Below, piece by piece: positions 57,581 to 64,000 of a DNA stretch of 64,000 nucleotides. The stretch is from Mytilus californianus (lineage: Eukaryota). The notes beneath the pieces were generated by a model, which was given only the letters and a program-made list of their open reading frames with translations, ran no database searches and was not told the origin of the DNA. How positions within the stretch are numbered: the stretch's first letter is position 1; each line of letters opens with the position of its first letter. The stretch covers positions 30,876,001 to 30,940,000 of the forward strand of contig NW_026262637.1 of the NCBI RefSeq assembly GCF_021869535.1, written 5' to 3'. A program made the translations under genes and the position numbers.

Positions 57581-57859
57581 CTGAAACCTACAAGCCCCAG
57601 CCGTGATACAATACACAGATTCCTTTGTTAGGTGTAGTACATCAGATGAGATATAGCTGATCAGCTCTCTCATGACATCAGCTTCCACATCTTTAATTTC
57701 TACCATATTATAATGACTTTCTATCATACCAGAGGAAAACATGGCATTAAAGTAATCACTTTTCTTCATCAGAAGACATTTAGAACAGTTAATTTTTTCT
57801 TCATCTCCAAATGTTATGGTAACATTCTCATCCTCTGGATTATCAGAATCATCCTCCAT
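57581..57859 (-). CDS. KLHL-like coding exon 1 (BTB domain)
   Basis: KSDYFNAMFSSGMIES is the BTB signature; donor CAG|gtatgc. The six exons total 1677 nt, giving 558 aa. Confidence 0.92.
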
Positions 57860-59631
57860 GTTTGTTTCCCTATTAAAATGAAATTAAACTTTTATTTTAC
57901 CACTAGACAGACCAGTCCAACTTCCACATCAGCTAGACAATAAATTGGACATGACCTCTATACTTCAATGAATAGTTTGACAATCTTGTGCTATTTTGAT
58001 ACGAAATGACTTAGTTGGCCAGTATGTCTTCATTGCGACACATATTGATAATGCTACATTTGTACATTAAAGAACACAGATGTAGTGTAATATTTATTTC
58101 TTTTAAATTACAGACTACCAAAGAGACTCGACAAATACTGTTATAATACTCATGATTTGCCAAACTTAACCGAAAAAATGTATTGAGAGTGCAATTCATT
58201 GGTATGGATAACAAAACAATTTCAATAAACAATCAGCATAATTTAACTGAACAAGAATTGAAGTAGCACACAAAAGACAGATTACCTGAAAAATTAATAT
58301 GCCACAACTAAAACACCCTAAATATGTTTTCCAACAATGGAATATCAGAAATGTTTTCGAACAGTTTAACTTTTCTATATTGTTGGGTTACTGCCTTATT
58401 GACCTGTCAATGTACAGTACTACATGAATATACACATCTCCATTTATCATGTTTATTCATATTATAAGGTTAATTAATGTCTTAAATAAGTTGTATACCT
58501 CAGTTTACAAACTTCATCTAGAGTTGATCAAACTTCTATGCAACAGTGAAAATCAATGTTGCTTATTAGCCTCAAATTACATGATGAAATAATCTGCCTA
58601 TAATAAATATAATACAATGCGTTTATTGGTACATTTAAAAAAAACACACTTTTCCAGAAATTAACAATTTAGCAAATAAATAGGAAAGTACTAATCCAAA
58701 TTAATCACATAACTTATCATGTTACAAAATATGAGATTTTTAGCCAGAGTGTCTTTTTACCACAGAACTACAAACAAATACAATGAAAAGACTACATGAT
58801 AGATTTACCACAGAACATTTAAATTACTCTACAAAATGCAAAACTATTAATTCAGTGGTTGTAAATAAACTCATCATAGATACCAAGATTAATATTTGAT
58901 ACACCAGACATAGGTTTCGTCTAAAAAAGACTCTTCAGCGACGCTCAAATCGAAATAGTGCAAAAGTCCCAATAAATTAAGAAGTTGAAGAGCATGAAGA
59001 ATCAAAAACTCCGTAAGGTTTTGCCAAATACAGCTAAGGTAATTTATTATACCTCATTATGTATTTTCTTTATATAATTATAAACGAATAAATTTACTAT
59101 TTTTATGAAATTGTCTGAAAAAGACTATTTGACAGTAAATAGTTTCAGTAACTATTTACTGGATATGAATTATCAAATAATTGTTGTAACAACTCTTAAT
59201 GTCAGCTTAACAAATTACTTTGATCACTTTAATAAAGGGGGTACAGAAAACCTAAGGAAGATAACTCTTTAAAAATCAGCTCAAGATTTTAATATTACAA
59301 AATATAAGTAAAGAGAAATCAAGCTTCTCAATGATCAAAATAAGTGTTTGTCAAACTGATATATCCAATGAAATTATTCCTACAAATTGTGTGGTTCAAG
59401 TTTCTTGAAATTTTTATGTTTTTGTCAACAGGTCGCAGTTAAAATTTTGTCAAAATTTTATGAAAATTAAACGAGCCAAATCTATCTTAGTCAAAGTGTT
59501 GGGTACCCCTTAAGTTAAATTATTTGTTAACAACTACTCTATCATGCTTATATTTAATTAATAAATTTTGATTATTTATTGTAACAACTCTAAACATGAA
59601 AGTAATAAAAAATTGTAAAAAAAAACCAAAA

Positions 59632-59820
59632 TAAACTGCTTCCTCGAGCGCAGCAGGATACGACCGCAGAGGTCCAACCCTGAACAGTTGGGGAAAAAAT
59701 GGACACAATATTCAAGCTTGATACAGGTCTGAATTTGGATTGTAATTAAATATTTGACACATTATAGGTTTTGACATAGAATAAATGTAGTCAAAGAACT
59801 TGAAATTGGTTGTATGATTA
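59632..59820 (-). mobile_element. HINE-like family A, head fragment only
   Basis: Matches 38605-38810. Confidence 0.75.
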
Positions 59821-60887
59821 CCGTCTCCTCAGAGACGGTATTAAGAGTTGAACGATGGACAGTCTGCGGGCTGAAGGCTTTCTTACTACCTGATTGGAAG
59901 ATATTACTGACGCTGTCATAATTAAAGTTCGTTGATTGGTTGGGACAATTCAAACCTAGTAAATGTCTTTTAATCCCATAGAGTGTCGGATCTGAACTCT
60001 TTGCTTTAGTAAATAGATTTGCCTGGTTACCAATCATACATATCGGTACACAGGTAACACATATCTATAAATAGCCGAATCTCCTGAAGATTTGTAAACA
60101 CACACGTGATTATTTCAAGTTACATACATTTTATACGTGAAAACATAAGAAAAACTTTTAGGAAAATGCCTTTTTCTTAGGTTATATTTATTTATACTCA
60201 GTAAGATAATCTAAAGGCAACACAAACATTTTAAAACGGAGATATCAAATAATTTCTGTTCGATTAATATCAATTTACACGAGAATTTTTATCTCAGGGG
60301 GCGGGGGCGGCGGCACTTCGACCTTTCTATGGCAGGGGTGAGCAGCTGAGACATCCAATACCCCACCCTTTATATATATATATATATATATATTGAATGA
60401 TAAAAGAACATACATGTAATTACCCTAGCTATCATATATTTTTTACAATAAGTATATATACCTGCACATAGCTATCCTTGTTACGCTATTTCATGGGGAG
60501 ATACTAGTTAAAATAGATTTGACAAATATCTTAAACATTTACGAAAGTGACTTTAGAGACATATATACACAATCTCTGGTGATTTTAATTGCATCTGTAA
60601 AAAAAATATCGACATCTGATTAGTTTCAGATTCAATCATCAACCTTGTCTTATATATCACCTAAATTTCTCGACCTCATGCTATATCATAAAGCTTCAAA
60701 TAGTGACCTATCCCAGCGAATCATCCCTTCCACTCATTACATAATAAGTGCCCCCACACACACCCCAAGATCGTTGGGCTGAGTTGGATGTTGTCTAGAT
60801 CTACCTAGCTAGCTCTTCCTAGCAAGATAGCAGACGTTGAAGAACAGAAGACTAAAAAATATATCTAAAAGGGAATATAAGAACAAA

Positions 60888-63800
60888 TAAAATGCTTCGC
60901 TGGGCGCAGCTTGATACGACCGCAGAGGTCGAACCCTGAACAGTTGGGGCAAGTATGGACACAACATTCAAGCTTGATACAGCTCTGAATTTGGATTGTG
61001 ATTAAATATTTGACACAGCAAAGGTTTCTGACACAGAAAGAATGTGGTCAAAGAACTTGAATTTTTTTAATTTACCTATTATGGTCCAATGTCCAAAATC
61101 AAAATACATGGTTAGATTCAGCATATCAAAGAACCCCATATATTCAATTTTTGTTGAAATCAAACAAAGTTTAATTTTGGACCCTTTGGACCAACTTGAA
61201 AACTGGGCCCATAATCAAAAATCTAAACACATGTTTAGATTCAGCATATCAAAGAACCCCAAGAATTCAATTTTTGTTAAAATCAAACTAAGTTTAATTT
61301 TGGACCCTTTGGACCTTAATGTAGACCAATTTAAATAAAAACGGGACCCAAAATTAAAAATCTAAATACACGGTTAGATTTGGAATATAAAAGAACCCCA
61401 ATAATTCAATTTTTGATGAAATCAAACAAAGTTTAATTTTGGACCCTTTTGACCTCAATATGAACCAATTTGATAGCAGGGCCCACAAATAAAAAATCTA
61501 AAATCATGGTTAGATTCAGCATATCAAAGAACCCCATATATTCAATTTTTGTTGAAATCAAAAAAAGTTTAATTTTGGACCCCAACTTGGACAAACTTGA
61601 AAACTGGGCCCATAATCAAAAATCCAAACACATGTTTAGATTCAGCATATCAAAGAACCCCAAGAATTCAATTTTTGTTAAAATCAAACTAAGTTTAATT
61701 TTGGACCCTTTGGACCTTAATGTAGACCAATTTAAAAAACAGGACCATAAATTAAAAATCTAAAAACACGGTTAGATTTGTCATATCAAAGAACCCTAAT
61801 AATTCAATTTTTGATGAAATCAAACAAAGTTTAATTTTGGACCCTTTTGACCTCAATATGAACCAATTTGATAGCGCGCCCACAAATAAAAAATCTAAAT
61901 ACATGGTTAGATTCAGCATATCAAAGAACCCCATATATTCAATTTTTGTTGAAATCAAACAAAGTTTAATTTTGGACCCCAATTTGGACCAACTTGAAAA
62001 CTGGGCCAAAAATCTAAAATCTAAATACATGTTTAGATTCAGCATATCAAAGAACCCCATGTATTCAATTTTTGTTGAAATCAAACAAAGTTTAATTTTG
62101 GACCCCAACTTGGACCAACTTGAAAACTGGGCCCATAATCAAAAATCTAAACACATGTTTAGATTCAGCATATCAAAGAACCCCAAGAATTCAATTTTTG
62201 TTAAAATCAAACTAAGTTAAATTTTGGACCCTTTGGACCTTAATGTAGACCAATTTAAAAAACAGGACCATAAATTAAAAATCTAAAAACACGGTTAGAT
62301 TTGTCATATCAAAGAACCCTAATAATTCAATTTTTGATGAAATCAAACAAAGTTTAATTTTGGACCCTTTTGACCTCAATATGAACCAATTTGATAGCGC
62401 GCCCACAAATAAAAAATCTAAATACATGGTTAGATTCAGCATATCAAAGAACCCCATATATTCAATTTTTGTTGAAATCAAACAAAGTTTAATTTTGGAC
62501 CCCAATTTGGACCAACTTGAAAACTGGGCCAAAAATCTAAAATCTAAATACATGTTTAGATTCAGCATATCAAAGAACCCCATGTATTCAATTTTTGTTG
62601 AAATCAAACAAAGTTTAATTTTGGACCCCAACTTGGACCAACTTGAAAACTGGGCCCATAATCAAAAATCTAAACACATGTTTAGATTCAGCATATCAAA
62701 GAACCCCAAGAATTCAATTTTTGTTAAAATCAAACTAAGTTAAATTTTGGACCCTTTGGACCTTAATGTAGACCAATTTAAAAAACAGGACCCAAAATTA
62801 AAAATCTAAATACACGGTTAGATTTGGCATATCAAAGAACCCCAATAATTTAATTTTTGATGAAATCAAATGAAGTTTAATTTTGGACCCTTTTGACCTC
62901 AATATGAACCAATTTGATAGCAGGGTCCACAAATAAAAAATCTAAATACATGGTTAGATTCAGCATATCAAAGAACCCCATATATTCAATTTTTGTTGAA
63001 ATCAAACAAAGTTTAATTTTGGACCCCAATTTGGACCAACTTGAAAACTGGGCCAAAAATCAAAAATCTAAATATATGTTTAGATTCAGCATATCAAAGA
63101 ACCCCATATATTCAATTTTTGTTAAAATCAAACAAAGTTTAATTTTGGACCCTTTGGACCTTAATGTAGACCAATTTATAAAACTGGACCCAAAATTAAA
63201 AATCTAAATACACGGTTAGATTCGGCATAACAAATAAAAAAATGTGGTCAAAGATTTTACAAATCCAATGCACCATACTGTGCAATTAAAGATTACTTCT
63301 TGAAATTTTTCAATATTTGAAAGTTGAAAAAAAAACAATATTTGAAGAATAATTCTTTTTAATTTCTGAAATCTGAAATGAGAAAAAATTGACCCCCTGC
63401 AATTTCTTTTTACCCCCCCCCCCCTTTTTTTCCCCAAAAAATTCTTTCCCTCAAGATATGGTCATAATCTCATTTCATATTTCCAATGGAGTTTGCAACC
63501 ATAACTACCCATTTAAATTTACCATAGTGCTAACTTAATCTATTTTATAATAGAATTTAAAATATAGTGTCAAATCTTTCATATGGATTTTTTTTTTTTA
63601 AAAAAGATGCAACATTTGCAGATATTTTTACTGGTCTTCCTTTATAAATATGCATTTCTTTAAACATAATTTAAAAGCAGTGTAAGGGAAGTAACCAAAA
63701 CGTTGTATTTGGATTACCTCCCTTACACTGTTTTAAATTATCTTAATTGTTCATTAACCATTACTTTATACATAATTTAAAAGCAGTGTAAGGGAGATAA

Positions 63801-64000
63801 TTTCAATGATGTATTTGATTTATCTCCCTTATACTGCTTTAAATTATGTTTTGTACTAAAGTATTTGTCCATTAACCAGGACAACCTTGTTTTTCCCCTT
63901 TTTTGCCCCTTATTCCTAAACGGTTTGAGCCATAACCCCCCAAAGCAAATCCTAACCATCCCTTAGTGGTATGGAAACTTGTAGTATAATTTCAGAGAGA
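60888..64000 (-). mobile_element. HINE-like family A copy with a greatly expanded internal satellite; runs off the window
   Basis: Family head at 60888, array 61085-63230, then sequence homologous to 38930-39350. Confidence 0.8.
61085..63230 (+). repeat. ~95-120 bp satellite array (about 20 units) with a 523 bp higher-order repeat
   Basis: TTAGATT(C/T)(A/G)GCATATCAAAGAACCC anchor; identical ORF translations at 61837/62360 and 61752/62275, offset 523. Confidence 0.95.

Noticed and set aside
59762-60037. 91 aa minus-strand ORF upstream of the KLHL-like gene, with a 7 bp hairpin at 59821-59838
   Set aside because: No recognisable domain; it runs into a HINE fragment, and splicing to the acceptor at 57869 would be out of frame with the KLHL ATG.
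61042-63207. Repeated ~100-127 aa ORFs on both strands (also 40033-45409 and 51590-52755)
   Set aside because: Translations of satellite units within HINE-like elements, not genes.

Overview
AT-rich animal genomic DNA. It is very likely from a bivalve mollusc; the repeat families resemble Mytilus, but that is recalled, not searched. Three spliced host genes were reconstructed, all on the minus strand: the first three coding exons of TMEM181; an SLC16/MCT monocarboxylate transporter with two paralogous, mutually incompatible first coding exons; and a six-exon BTB-BACK-Kelch (KLHL-like) gene with a GC-AG intron and a minisatellite made of copies of its own splice donor. The centrepiece is an intact 9.3 kb Ty3/Gypsy LTR retrotransposon (29246-38584). 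It has apparently identical 1314 bp LTRs, a 4 bp TSD, a tRNA-Leu PBS and a -1 frameshift gag-pol. It also has an unexpected third ORF with two C2H2 zinc fingers that lacks its own start and appears to need splicing, plus a dense GGTAA motif array around the LTR TATA box. Also present are two decayed LINEs, DIRS-order remnants, several MITEs, and about ten Helentron-type non-autonomous (HINE-like) elements with internal satellite arrays. An unexplained, strongly G.U-biased fold-back of about 180-220 nt lies in TMEM181 intron 1. No rRNA, tRNA or CRISPR features were seen.
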